A DNA stretch of 64,000 nt, taken from the NCBI GenBank assembly GCA_951406725.2, contig OX597833.1, positions 61,628,001-61,692,000 on the forward strand, read 5' to 3'. Each line of letters opens with the position of its first letter. The stretch's first letter is position 1. Source of the DNA: Octopus vulgaris (lineage: Eukaryota). The position numbers were made by a program, and so were the translations under genes. The notes beneath the pieces are model-generated. The model saw only the letters and a list, made by a program, of their open reading frames with translations. It did no database searches and was not told where the DNA came from. Positions 37,078 through 50,878 of this stretch are shown piece after piece.

Positions 37078-38562
37078 GATGAAGGAAGTAGAAGAGAATC
37101 GTATAGGGAGAGAATTAAAAGATTTCCAAATGTAATGGAAGAAAGTTTTGAGAAAACCAAAGAAGATTGGTCGTCTTTCTACAAAAAAGTAGAAAGTACG
37201 TTGAATAATGATATCTTATTTGGTTTAGAAGATGAGATTCGTCAAAAGAACGTCCTAGTATATATTCTGTGGCAGATGAACGATAAATTTTCAGCTGAAA
37301 AATTAACCAATGAAGTTCGAGAAAAGAAGCCAGATAACCTGGTGGCATTAACCAACCTTGCATTCATTCATTTGTACGATGGAAATATCTCTGAGGTAAG
37401 AAACCTTTTGGATAATCTAAGTAATCTTGAAGAAAGAGAAAATTTCTCGCTGATAGAAGCAGAAGGCAAAAGAAATGTTGCTTATTGTTTAGCTACTATA
37501 TCTTTTAAAGATCATGAAAGAGCTGTCGAACTTTACAAAGAGTCTCTCAACGTTTGTCCAGACGATTATCTGTGTATGTTTTCTATTGCTTTGTTGCAAT
37601 ATCGTTGTTTAAAAAAGAACATAGATAAAGAGAAAAGACGTGAAAATATTAAGGAATCAATACAGTACTTAGAGAAAATACGATGTGCTTTTCCACGCCA
37701 TATTGATAAGGGCCTAATGGGAAGAACATTAGCATTGATTGGTTTGTTTCAACTTAGTCGTTATAATTTTCATAGTCAACCAGCTAAAAAGTATTTTCAG
37801 AGAGCTCTTGATATTTCCCCTGATGACCCCTATGTTTTGGAGAAAAGTGCCAATAATTATATACTTTCAAATCAGCATGAAGAAGGAAGAAAATTGCTTG
37901 AAAAAGCAATTGAAATAAAGGCAACACCATATTCTCATCATCAGCTTGGATTACTTTATCTAAGAATTGAATACACCAAAATATACATATGTCCCAATGA
38001 ACAAACAATTCTCAAAAGAAACGAATGAATTTGCGAAATTTTTAAAACATGCTCAAAGTATTCCTCATAGAGAAAGGAATGAGTTAATCAACAAAGCTGA
38101 ATATCACTTTCAACAAGCTCTTGAACTTTCTCATGAATATTCACCTACTCTCTATGATATCATTTTATTATATATGTCTTTGAAAGAATATGACAATGCC
38201 AGGAAGTATTGTGAAAGATTTAAAGCAGATAACACAAGGCAAGATGTTAATTTTTACATTTTGTTTGGAAAATTATGTTTTAAAGAAGCAGATGTAAAAA
38301 ATGATGAAGAAGAAAAAGATCAATTAAGACATACAAGAATGGATTGGTTTGTTCTGGCTCTTAAATCTGCTGTAGAATTTCTTCCTTTCAACAAACACCT
38401 GATAGAAATTTGGGAGATAAAGGAAATAATACTTGAATTATATATGAGTATGGAAATGGAAATACTGAATACAAAAAATTTGTTTTGGAATTCATTCACT
38501 CAGTAGAAGACCTTGCAAATGATAAAGAGCTCCAAAATATACTTCACAAGAGTGAATTATAA
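37078..38562 (+). CDS. Large second exon of TPR-repeat (IFIT/TTC22-like) gene copy B; frameshifts near 37970-37981 and 38440
   Basis: Acceptor atttcag|GAT. ORFs 37063-38028 and 37967-38506 jointly align to copy A. The stop codon at 38560-38562 aligns with the copy A stop. Confidence 0.8.
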
Positions 38563-39189
38563 AAGATAAATTGTGTTCATACTTTTCTTATTACTTTCTT
38601 TATTGATAATACTCAACAATATTTTGAAATTCATTGTTATATATCTCACGTTTTCTGAAGTAATACCAAACACGTTTATCTAAAGCTAAATTTTAAAAAT
38701 CATATAAATTTAGACTACTCCTTTCTTTGAAACACAAGATGAATGTAGCAAAGAATTCTACAGGAAATATTACTGCCTTTGTAATGGATGTGGCTCTGAA
38801 ACCAACGTTGAAATGACATCAGAGCATTCAAAGGATGACGTCATAACTAACTTTCATTTTGACATATTTTAACATCCCCAAACAGTGAAGAAGTGGCAGA
38901 AAATATTAGAATGAATCTAGAATATACTTTTGCTTGAAAGTTCCATTTGATAATCGTGACGACATATTGGGATGATGTAAAACTGGAAACCTTTGCATTA
39001 TACTGAAACATCGTTGGAATATTGGAATTCTATAAGTAACAATCAAAAATTACTAATTTACACAAAAGACACCAAGTAAATCCTTGAAGATTGACAACCT
39101 AAGTAAGGACGATATTTTACTATCAGGAAGCATGAAGCCAGAAATTCCAAAACATTTAAAAAGTTTTCCTCAATTTAAATGGCAATGTG

Positions 39190-39220
<31 letters not shown>

Positions 39221-42180
39221 GGAGGGGGGAGAGAGAGAGTGAGAGAGAGAGAGAGGGAGGGAGAGAGAGAGAGTGAGAGAGTGAGAGAGAGAGAGAGATG
39301 AATAGTTTTAGTTTCCTTTGCAGACTATATTAGTTCGTGTTCATTAGTGTGCAGATCATTTCATGTGTCTGTATTTTGGCAATGTCCTATCTAAGAGTTA
39401 CTGCTGTTGTGGTGGTTCTACATCAGATGTAACTTAACATCGGTGACAGGTCTTGATGATAAACTTTAATACTATTTTATTATGAAAGCACTAAAGAACT
39501 GAATGGCATATTTGGCTCTTGTAAATTGTTTGCCTCTTTTCTGGGACACAAGCAAATAACTGAGGCAGCAAAATCTTTCAACAGGTTAGCCATATGTGGA
39601 AGAGTTGTAACTTTCAGTTAAACGGGCATAAAAGAAATCGATGTAATAAACATCACAGAGAAAATACGTATAAACTTATCATCAGATCCTCGTTACTTCC
39701 CTGCACTTCCCATAAAAACATGTAAACATTCCACTAACCAAACCACATTAGTTATGTATTAAAACCTTTTAACTTAAAGAAGAAAATAATGCGGGAGTGC
39801 TATGATAGTAGTAGGATGTTGAATGGTCAAGTGACCTAAAAGTGATCACTTGACAATTTTAACATCCTACTACTATCCTAACATCCTGCATTCTCTTATT
39901 ATTCTGTCTCTTTCTTCTTCTTCGTCTTCCTCTCCACCACCTCCTTCCTTACTTTACTACTACTGCTGTTTAGAATAACATCTACGAAAATATTATAAAC
40001 AATACATTCAAAAGAGATATCACAAGGATTCAATCACTACTACCATCCACAACAATCCACTTTCTGGGCACAACACCATTTAACATCCTACTACTATCAT
40101 AGCACTCCCATATTATTTCTTCCTCCTCCACCTCCTCCTTCTTCTTCTTCTCTGCCAAGAATTCACAATGACCGCAAACCCCCAAGAGTAAACAAGAGAG
40201 ACAGAGACAGGCAGAAACACGGAAAATGTCCCTTGTATTTGAATACTATGCAAACATTCTTTTAAAGTACTTTTCATTTAATTTTTTCAAAATTTAATTG
40301 TTTTCTATTGTTAAAAAAGTTGAAAAAGTCTTAATGAATGAAAACGGTAATGAAATGTTTTTTTTATATAATTATTTTAGCATTTTCTACCTTGACTTTT
40401 TTCCATATTTATATATATATATACATACATACATTTTATTAACCTTAGCAATTTCACATAAACACACACACACCCACAGATTCCTCTCAATGACTTCTAA
40501 TATCATCAATTCACTGGTCAACATATTTCACTACAGATTGACAAATGTATTTTCAAGTGCATCGATGTGTGTAAACTAGGTTGCCAAACAGACATGAAAC
40601 CTGATACCATTGTTCCAACATTTAGCATAAACTCAATGCAGCCTCACTTGGTTAACATTACTTACAAACACAAACAAGCCATTCCAATTTGTTCTCCTCT
40701 TTCTTATAATATCTCGTTCATGTCTAACCCCTGCCATTTTCCCAATAAATAAAGGAAATTTATTTCATTTCATAAACTGAAAATATCGGAAAGTTTTCAT
40801 TAAATATAAATTCGAAAATTTGAAAAGAAATTTAATAGTGATATGGGGTAATTCGGAGAAAGAGTGCTTGTGGCCTGGTTCCGTGGTTTGGCGCCAGGCA
40901 GACGGATAAAGCCTTTGTTCTGTCAATTTTTAGAGAAATTAATGAGTTTGGAAAATACCTCAGACCCTTTTCCGGTCAAGCAAAGTTTAAGAAACCACCC
41001 TTTAAAATGCGGTGAGCTGTGAGTTTGTTGGTCAGTTCTGTCTGAGACGGTGAGTTGGCAACAGGTGCAGTCGGGAGAGGCTATGACAGGGATGACAGTC
41101 ATGGCGAGAAAGACAGGCAGATAGCATTGGGGGCATGTAGAGCGAAAGAGAGGGATTACGGCGAAAAGGCATGGCTATTGTAGTAGGAGTTTGTAGCGGT
41201 ATGTTTTGTTTATGTTAAAATTGTGAACTGTGTTGAAAAGAAAAAGTATTGTGTCAATAAAAGAGAACTGTGAATTGAGGAAAAGAGGAAGAAAAGAAAG
41301 AAAAAAGAACATTGTGTTAAAGAGAAAAAAGAAAGAAAGACTTTAATGTTGAACTGTTTTGAACTCTATATTGCATCAAAACATTAATGTTTTGATTGTT
41401 TCTGGACGTTCTGTATTGTGCATGCCTTTTATTGTTTTCTTTTTTTAAATTCTGTTGCAGGTTATTTTCTTTAATGTATCTGATATGTTTCACGTTTTAT
41501 TTGATGTTGTAATAATTGTATAAACTGTTGTTAAGCGTTAAGCAATTGCCTTCTGCCGTCTCTCTCTTTTCTTCCTGTTGTTGTTGTTGTTGTTGTTATC
41601 TCCGGTCGCCGGTTCGAGTTCGCTGCCATCCCCCACAACCGTTTTCTCTGTGGCGGATTCCGTTCGACTGAGCCTGGTGAATCATTGCTCGACTTAGTAG
41701 GGTCCCGGGTTCGAGTTGAGCGATGGCAGGTTCGTAACAATAGCATTGTGTCTACAAGATGCCTGTAACAGCACTGGATTTTCCACAATTGACAATAAAA
41801 ATTGAAATAAAATAAAAATAAAAGTATACAGTTGTGTTTGATTGTTGTTTTCCTAAAAATTATTCAAAGAAACAGATGTATAAGAAGAAAACAATGAAAG
41901 ATGAAAAAAAAATGGAAATCAGATGAATTTCTGATGAATTTGATCTCATAGGATACGTATAAGGGAAGGTGATGAGTTGTATGCAGATCTAATATTGAAG
42001 AAACAAACCTTCTAGACTCACAAAATACTTAAACTAAAATATAAGTGTCATAATAGTGGTGGTTGGCTGCAGAGTTTCAAAGTTCGATGTAACTTAATGT
42101 TTCATGTAGTGTATGATGAAAGGTATTCAGTGGACAAGAAAGCAGCTGTAAAGGTATTGAAGAGTATTTATATATATATG

Positions 42181-42251
<71 letters not shown>

Positions 42252-43733
42252 AAAAGTATAAAATGAATTATAAATATAATATAAGTAAGAACACTAAGGT
42301 ACGTTTCATGGCTACAATTAAATTTGAATTACAATTAAGTTTAAATTCAATTGAAATAAATTAAAATTAAAATTATAGTCAATCTTCAGGTTAATGATAA
42401 TAGTTAAATAAATAAGCAAATAGAGTTAAACAATATTTATTTAAGAAATAAATAAAATAATAATTTTTCTTATAGAAAAAACTCCATTATCAAAATTAGA
42501 AACTTAAATCATTAATATTATTTCCTACAACACATTTATTATGTTAAATATTTATTTTTAGGGTAAAATAAAATAGATAGAAATATGTATTTATCTATGA
42601 AGATATAATATAGCTTTAAAAAAACATAATAAACTCTCGAATATCCTTAACTCAGTTATAGTCCAATATTTAATTACCAAATTATTTAACAAAATAATCA
42701 CTATTCATATTTTTAAATTTAAGTTCACATCTAATAAATATAAAATATTTAAAAATAAGCATCTAAATTATAATCAACAAATATAGTAATTAAAATCTAA
42801 AATTTACTCTATCAATAAATATAAAGACATATAATGAAAAATAAATAAATTAATTAGTCCATTATTACTTACATAAATATTATGAATATCAATATAATAT
42901 ATTTATGAAATACATTTAAAAATTAAATTATTTATGTATTGGTTTATGTCTATCACTGTTTGAGTTGCATAATAGTGGTTTTATCTCTAATTCATATTTT
43001 ATATCTCTATACTGTGAAATTTGATTTAATAGTAAACTGAATATTTCCCTGTAAGCTTGGAGTTATACTCCCTAATATTATTATTTATATGTATATATAA
43101 TCAATAATAATAAAGGGTAAAATTAATTAATAATTAATGATTTTACCAATTAGTTACCAACATCGGTTGTCAAGCGATGTTGGGAGGACAAACACATACA
43201 CACACATACATATATATATACATATATACGACGGGCTTCTTTCAGTTTCCGTCTACCAAATCTTGGCCCGAAGCTATAGTAAAAGACACTTGCTCAAGGT
43301 GCCATGCAGTGGGACTGAACTCGGAACCATGTAGTTCGTAACCAAGCTACTTAACACAAAGCCACTCCTACGCCTATTTAAATAATTTTTTTTTTCTAAC
43401 TTGATAATATTCGAGGAATTTATATGAATCACTATTTGCTTTCCGTTTCGTTTTTAGTTGTTTCTGGTTTCTAGGTATTTAATAAACGTATTCAGGTTAC
43501 TCGTTTATAAATGACATTGGATCTTTTCGGTTTGAATGGCAGTTTTTTAAAATAATTTACACGTAGGAGTGGCTGTGTGGTAAGTAGCTTGTTTACCAAC
43601 CACATGGTTTTGGGTTCAGTCCCACTGTGTGGCACCTTGGGCAAGTGTCTTCTACCATAGCCTCGGGCCGACCAAAGCCTTGTGAGTAGATTTGGTAGAC
43701 AGAAACTGAAAGAAGCCTGTCGTATATATGTAT

Positions 43734-44755
43734 TTTTCACCGAAAAATTTTCCGAAAATTTTACTCAAAAATTTTTCGAAAATTTTCCCCAAAAATTTAT
43801 CGAAAATTTTTACTGAAAATTTTACCAAAAAAGTGTTGAAAATTTTCTCCACGAACTTTTCGAAAATTGGCACCACTGGCTTTCCATACTTTGTGATTTG
43901 GGCACCGCTGACTTTCCATAATTTGTGATTTGGGCACCGCTGGCTTTCCATACTTTGTGATTTTGGCACCGCTGGTTTTCCATACTTCCCCAAAAATTTT
44001 TCGAAAATTTTCATCTAAAATTTTACCAAAAATTTTTCGAAAATTTTACCTAAAAATTTTACGAAAATTTTTACCAAAACTTTTCACCGGAAAATTTACC
44101 CAAAAATTTTTCGTAAAAATTTTCCGAAAATTTTCCCCAAAGATTTTCCGAAAATTTTCTCGAAAAAATTCACTGAAAATTTTCTCGAAAATTTTCCCCA
44201 AAAATTTTTCAAAAATTTTTGCCGAAAATTTTCCCCAAAAATTTTTCGAAAATTTTACCAAAAAATCTTTTCGAAAATTGGCATCGCTGGCTTTCCATAC
44301 TTTGTGATTTGGGCACCGCTGGCTTTCCATACTTTGTGATTTGGACACCGCTGGCTTTCCATACTTTGTAATTTTGGCACCGCTGGCCTTCCATACTTTG
44401 TGATTTTGGCACCGCTGGCCTTCCATACTTTTCCCTAAAAGTTTTTCGAAAATTTTTGCCGAAAATTTTCCCCAAGAATTTTTCGAAAATTTTTACTGAA
44501 AGTTTTCCACAAGAATTTTTCGAAAATTTTACCTAAAAATTTTCCGAAAAGTTTACCCAAAAATTCTTCAAAAATTTTCATGAAAAATTTTTCGAATATT
44601 TTCACCGAAAATTTTACCCAAAACTTTTTCGAAAATTTTCACCAAAAATTATACCCTAAAATTTTTCGGAAATTTTCACCGAAAATTTTCCCCAAAAATA
44701 CTTTGAAGATTTTCACGGAAAATTTTCCCAAAAAATTTTTCGAAAATTTCCAGAA
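43734..44755. repeat. A/T-tract low-complexity satellite with two blocks of a 31-bp minisatellite
   Basis: Recurrent TTTTCGAAAATTTT / AAAATTTTCC; GATTT(T/G)GGCACCGCTGGCTTTCCATACTTTGT x~4 at 43868-43987 and x~5 at 44279-44430. Confidence 0.9.
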
Positions 44756-45572
44756 ATGGCTGGATTAAATGCTAGAGTTAAGCCCACTTTCACTATCAAA
44801 GCAGGGATTAGCTTAGGGGTCCCATGACTAAATGTTTTTGGGGACTATCTATCTTTTATCCTTTTCTTGTTTCAGTCATTGGACTGTGGTCATCCTGGGG
44901 CTCTCTCTTTAAGGGTTTATTACATATACATTAGCAATAAGTAGATATCAGTTATTAGGGGTCAGTTGCAGTGACCTGGTAAACTTGAAATGCCAGTAGT
45001 GATGGTCATTATAATAGAGGACAGCTGATCTGTTGATGTCAGTGTTGGATGGTCAAGAAATATAATAACCAGCTGAATGGTAAAAATACAATTTTCATTC
45101 TGATATTTTGTTCATTATATTGTCTATTTTGCCGTGGTAGTAAAGGTCAGACGAATAAATATTACTAAAGCATTGCTTTACAGTCTGATGCCCGTCCTGT
45201 CATTAAAGATACTTACTTCACATGGTTGTAACTGAGACATTTTTCTTTCTTTTTCCATCTCTTCTGCAACAAAGAAAAACAGGAATTCTTCTGATTTTCA
45301 TTTATGCATTACACTTTACCATTTCTCACTCTCTTTCTCCGTAATTGTGTGTGCAATTACACACACACACACAAAACATGTATGTATGAATGGATGGATG
45401 AATGGGTGAAAGAATGAATAAAATGTCAATTGCCTTAGTGTGTAGCATGTCTGCACAATTTATGGTGTGTCTGGATTATGATTCCAGTAGGCACTGAAAA
45501 ACATTTTTGTCCAACCCATGCAAGCATGGAACATGATTATATGCATACATGTGTATATATATATATACACAT

Positions 45573-45609
<37 letters not shown>

Positions 45610-45611
45610 CA

Positions 45612-45768
45612 TAGGAGTGGCTGTGTGGTAAGTAGCTTGCTAACCAACCACATGGTTCCGGGTTGTCCCACTGCGTGGCATCTTGGGCAAGTGTCTTCTG
45701 CTATAGCCCCGGGCCGACCAATGCCTTGTGAGTGGATTTGGTAGACGGAAACTGAAAGAAGCCTGTCG

Positions 45769-45803
<35 letters not shown>

Positions 45804-45995
45804 TTGTGTGTCCCCCTAGCATTGCTTGACAACCGATGGTGGTGTGTTTACGTCCCCGTCACTTAGCGGTTCGGCAAAAGAGACCGATAGAATAAGTACT
45901 GGGCTTACAAAGAATAAGTCCCGGGGTCGATTTGCTTGACTAAAGGCGGTGCTCCAGCATGGCCACAGTCAAATGACTGAAACAAGTAAAAGAGA
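45612..45995 (+). mobile_element. SINE family A
   Basis: Full head to tail. Confidence 0.85.
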
Positions 45996-46029
45996 AAGAA
46001 AGAGAAATACATATAAATACATAACAAAG

Positions 46030-46313
46030 ACCATCCGATCGTGGCCGTTGCCAGCTTCCGTGCCGGTGGCACGTAAAAAGCACCATCCGAGCGTAGCCAT
46101 TCACCAGCCGCGTCTGGCACCTGTGTCGGTGGCACATAAAAAGCACTCACTACACTCACGGAGTGGTTGGCGTTAGGAAGGGCATCCAGTTGTAGAAACA
46201 CCGCCAGATCTGACTGGCCTGGTGCAGCCTTCGGGCTTCCCAGACCCCAGTTGAACCGTCCAACCCATGCTAGCATGGAAAGCGGACGTTAAATGATGAT
46301 GATGATGATGATG
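46030..46313 (+). mobile_element. SINE family B
   Basis: Family core plus (gat)n tail. Confidence 0.8.
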
Positions 46314-46611
46314 ATATATATATATTAATTGCAAGTAAGCCTTCATCTTTACCTGCCATATTCTTTATATTTTATGAATGACTGCAGCATTTCTTTCAAA
46401 CAGTTGGGTGTAATTTGTGTTAGATTTGGCTGTTATTTTTAGCAGGCTGAGTGATCCCGTTGACTTGCCAGTCACAAAGCTGTACATAATTGTCATTTAG
46501 TTTGTCACACACACATCCGGAGACATGCACACAGACTCACATCATAACACATTCAAAGCCCTTACCAGTTGTCTTCCTTCCATCATCGGTGAGGCAGCAT
46601 CAACAGGAAAT

Positions 46612-47021
46612 ACTCTTTTACTTGTTTCAGTCATTTGACTGCGGCCATGCTGGAGCACCGCCTTTAATCGTGCAACTCGACCCCGGGACTTATTCTTTTG
46701 TAAGCCCAGTACTTATTCTATCGGTCTCTTTTGCCGAACCGCTAAGTAACGGGGACATAACCACACCAGCATCGGTTGTCAAGCAATGCTAGGGGGACAA
46801 ACACAGACACACAAACACACACACGCATATATATATATATATATATACACATATATACGACGGGCTTCTTTCAGTTTCCGTCTACCAAATCCACTCACAA
46901 GGCTTTGGTCGGCCCGAGGCTATAGTAGAAGACACTTGCCCAAGGTGCCACGCAGTGGGACTGAACCCAGAACCATGTGGCTGGTAAGCAAGCTACTTAC
47001 CACACAGCCACTCCTGCGCCT
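46612..47021 (-). mobile_element. SINE family A, full length
   Basis: Close to family consensus. Confidence 0.88.
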
Positions 47022-47299
47022 ATACTGTAGAGAAACACTTCTCTGCCTCCTTCCACTGCTGCTCCTGTTCTTGTAGTGTATCCCATTGCATTGTTCTGCA
47101 TCTGGACTCGGGAAAAGAGACAATCAACATAATTATACTTCTTCTAACCAAACCAGAGACGGAGGGAAAACTTTTCTCCTGGAACTGAATCAAGACTTGA
47201 AGTCTGCTTCCACAGCAATGTCCTGATAAATTGTTTTGTAACGTGGCAAATGAAAGACATGCTTTGACACGGCAATAGAACTAGTTAGCTAACTAGATA

Positions 47300-47483
47300 T
47301 GTTTCTTTATTAGCCACACAGGGCTGCACACAGACAAAACAAATTACAAGGTAGAGCTTTTCTTTTGGGGGTAAAAAAAAAGGGGGTTGGTTTTTGATCA
47401 AAGGGGATCGTAAAAGGAAAGAAAGAGGACAAAAAAAGGGGGGGAGAGGGAAAAAAATTTATCAATAGGGATCGTAATCACAG

Positions 47484-47514
<31 letters not shown>

Positions 47515-50178
47515 TTAACGTCCGCTTTCCATGCTAGCATGGGTTGGACGGTTCAACTGGGGTCTGGGGAGCCCGAAAGCTGCACCAGTCCAGTCAGATC
47601 TGGCAGTGTTTCTACAGCTGGATGCCCTTCCTAACGCCAACCACTCCGAGAGTGTAGTGGGTGATTTTATGTGCCACCGACACAGGTGCCAGACGAGGCT
47701 GGCAAACGGCCACGCTCGGATGGTGTTTTTATGTGCCACCGACACAGGTGCCAGATGAGGCTGGCAGACGGCCACGCTCGGATGGTGTTTTTTATGTGCC
47801 ACCGACACAGGTGCCAGACGAGGCTGGCAGACGGCCACGCTCGGATGGTGTTTTTATGTGCCACCGACACAGGTGCCAGACGAGGCTGGCAGACGGCCAC
47901 GCTCGGATGGTGTTTTTATGTGCCACCGACACAGGTGCCAGATGAGGCTGGCAAACGGCCACGATCGGATGGTGCTTGTTACGTGCCCACAGCACGGAGG
48001 CCAGTCGATGCGGTACTGGCTACGGCCACGTTCGGATGGTTTTCTTATGTGCCACGTGCCACCGGCACTGGTACCACAAAGATACAAATTCCATTGATGT
48101 TCATCTATTTTGATTTGTTTTGATTTTCACTTGCCTCAACAGGTCTTCACAAGTGTCACAAGAAGGAAGGTATGCACAGGTGGACTGACTACGTCCCAGG
48201 TAGGGGCCATGGGTTACGGCCTGACTAGTCTTGCCGGGTCTTCGGATGGTGTTTTTATGTGCCACCGACACAGGTGCTAGATGAGGCTGGCGAACGGCCA
48301 CGATCGGATGGTGTTTGTCATGTGCCCACCGCACTGACTACGGCACTGATGGATTTCTTGTGTGCCACAGGCACTGGTACCACAAGATACAAATTCCATT
48401 GATGTTCATCTATTTTGTCTATTTTGATTTGATTTGATTTTCACTTGCCTCAACCGGTCTTCACAAGTGTCACAAGAAGGAAGGTATGCACAGGTGGACT
48501 GACTAGTCTTGCCGGGTCTTCGGAAGGTGTTTTTATGTGCCACCGACACAGGTGCCAGATGAGGCTGGCGAACGGCCATGATCGGATGGTGTTTGTTACG
48601 TGCCCACAGCACGGAGGCCGGTCGATGCGGAACTGGCTACGGCCACGTTCGGATGGTTCTCTTGTGTGCCACCGGCACTGGTACCAGAAAGTGTGTGCCA
48701 CCGGCACTGGTACCACAAAGATACAGATTCCATTGATGTTCATCTATTTTGATTTGTTTTGATTTGATTTTCACTTGCCTCAACAGGTCTTCACAAGTGT
48801 CACAAGAAGGAAGGTATGCACAGGTGGACTGACTACGTCCCAGGTAGGGGCCATGGGTTATGGCCTGATTAGTCTTGCCGGGTCTTCGGATGGTGTTTTT
48901 ATGTGCCACCGACACAGGTGCTAGATGAGGCTGGCAAACGGCCACGATCGGATGGTGTTTGTCATGTGCCCACAGCACGGAGGCCAGTCGATGCGGTACT
49001 GGCTACGGCCACTTTCGGATTGTTTTCTCTTGTGTGCCACCGGCACTGGTACCACAAAGATACAAATTCCATTGATGTTCATCTATTTTGATTTGTTTTG
49101 ATTTTGATTTTGATTTTCACTTGCCTCAACAGGCCTTCACAAGTATCACAAGGAGGAAGGTATGCACAGGTGGACTGACTACGTCCCAGGTAGGGGCCAT
49201 GGTTTATGGCCTGACTAGTCTTGCCGGGTCTTCGGAAGGTGTTTTTATGTGCCACCGACACAGGTGCTAGATGAGGCTGGCGAACGGCCACGACCGGATG
49301 GTGTTTGTTATGTGCCCACAGCATGATGGCCAGTGATGCGGTACTGACTACGGCCATGTTCGGATGGATTCTTGTGTGCCACCGGCACTGGTACCACAAG
49401 CGGTACTGACTACTTTTTATGTGCCACCGACACAGGTGCTAGATGAGGCTGGCGAACGGCCACGACCGGATGGTGTTTGTTATGTGCCCACAGCACGATG
49501 GCGAGTGATGCGGTACTGACTACGGCCACGTTCGGATGGATTCTTGTGTGCCACCGGCACTGGTACCACAAGCGGTACTGACTACGGCCACGTTCGGATG
49601 GATTCTTGTGTGCCACCGGCACTGGTACCACAAGCGGTACTGACTACGGCCACGTTTGGATGGATTCTTGTGTGCCACCGGCACTGGTACCACAAGGATA
49701 CAAATTCCATTGATGTTCATCTATTTTGATTTGTTTTGATTTGTTTTGATTTGATTTGATTTTCACTTGCCTCAGCAGGTCTTCACAAGTGTCACAAGAA
49801 GGAAGGTATGTACAGGTGGACTGACTACGTCCCAGGTAGGGCCCACGGGTTATGACCTGACCTGACTAGTCTTGCCGGGTCTTCGGATGTCAATATGAAG
49901 TGTAAAGGGGAAGACAGGTGAGGTTTACCCGTGGAAAGAAAAGCCTACGGAAAAGACCACGGTAACCTCGGTCAATGAAGTCACATGTTATATTACTTTT
50001 TTTTTTTTTTTTTGCAAATAAGCAACTCTCTGTATTAATTCTTACGGTTCATAGAATCATAGTCGAGGTGGCTTCGTCATTCATACGTGCCATCCTTGCT
50101 ACATTCACCCATCTTTTTTTAAAACATTCACTAGACAAAACTTGCCTCTCTACTCTCATTTTCCTCTTCAAGTGATAG
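47300..50178 (-). mobile_element. 5'-truncated Tx1/L1-type LINE 3' end, interrupted by a SINE-derived satellite
   Basis: Minus strand ~50177-50069 reads YHLKRKMRVERQVLSSECFKKRWVNVAR, homologous to YHLKSKMGLEKKTLPRGVYEKRWKEVAK of the 4254 LINE. AATAAA-containing 3' end at ~47302. Confidence 0.65.
47487..49890 (-). repeat. Higher-order tandem array derived from SINE family B: ~60-bp subrepeats and ~300-350-bp super-units
   Basis: tttttatgtgccaccgacacaggtgccaga..ggatggtg x5 at ~47666-47975, then recurring cacttgcctcaacaggtcttcacaag..ccgggtcttcgga units. Confidence 0.88.
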
Positions 50179-50677
50179 GATAGATAACTATATGAATAGG
50201 TATATAGACAGATAGATACATAAAGAGGGAGAGAGAGAGAAGGAGTTGTGACATTTAAGTGTCAGTATTAACCTAAATAACACCAAAGTTATACAGGAAT
50301 ATGGTGCCAGAGTTAAACAGAGACAAAGTGGAGTGTAAGACAAGATGTTTTTTTAAGTAAAAAAACAAGATGAAATTTTAAAACAAATTATTTTTTATAT
50401 ATAATGTAAAGGATTTCTCGATTGAGTATTTTATTATAAAGTCAGTAGTTAGACATGGTCAATTAATAATAAATTATAATAGATAACCTAATGGTTAATG
50501 AATAAAAAAAAAGTTGGTTAAACAATATCAGCTTTCAGGCAGTCAAAAATAAAACTGATGAAATTATAACAAAACACACACACATATACATAGATTCATA
50601 TACAAACACACACAGATCTCTCTATATATGTGAGTCTGCCAGCATGGAAAACGAATGTTAAAGGATGATGATAATGC

Positions 50678-50718
<41 letters not shown>

Positions 50719-50844
50719 ATATACACATATACATAAATATGCTATATATATATATATACATATACACATACATAAATATGCTATCATCATCATCATCATC
50801 ATCGTTTAGCGTCCGTTTTCCATGTTAGCATGGGTTGGGTTGGA

Positions 50845-50878
<34 letters not shown>

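Larger units (their letters stand above)
26927..43733 (+). repeat. Segmental tandem duplication, copy B
   Basis: Collinear with 2701-24711 minus the 3480-6745 block; ends inside a SINE at 43733. Confidence 0.92.

Noticed and set aside
43868-44430. 31-bp repeats as a CRISPR array
   Set aside because: Repeats are head-to-tail with no unique spacers, there are no cas genes, and the context is eukaryotic
43652-44768. K/F/I-rich ORFs on both strands
   Set aside because: Product of the A/T-tract satellite; no domain or splice evidence
46560-47230. Exon-like minus-strand segment with acceptor near 47223 and donor near 46565
   Set aside because: Interrupted by a SINE, with in-frame stops and no homology; cannot be supported without RNA data
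47515-49729. Many overlapping Cys/His/Arg-rich ORFs
   Set aside because: All derive from SINE-derived tandem repeats
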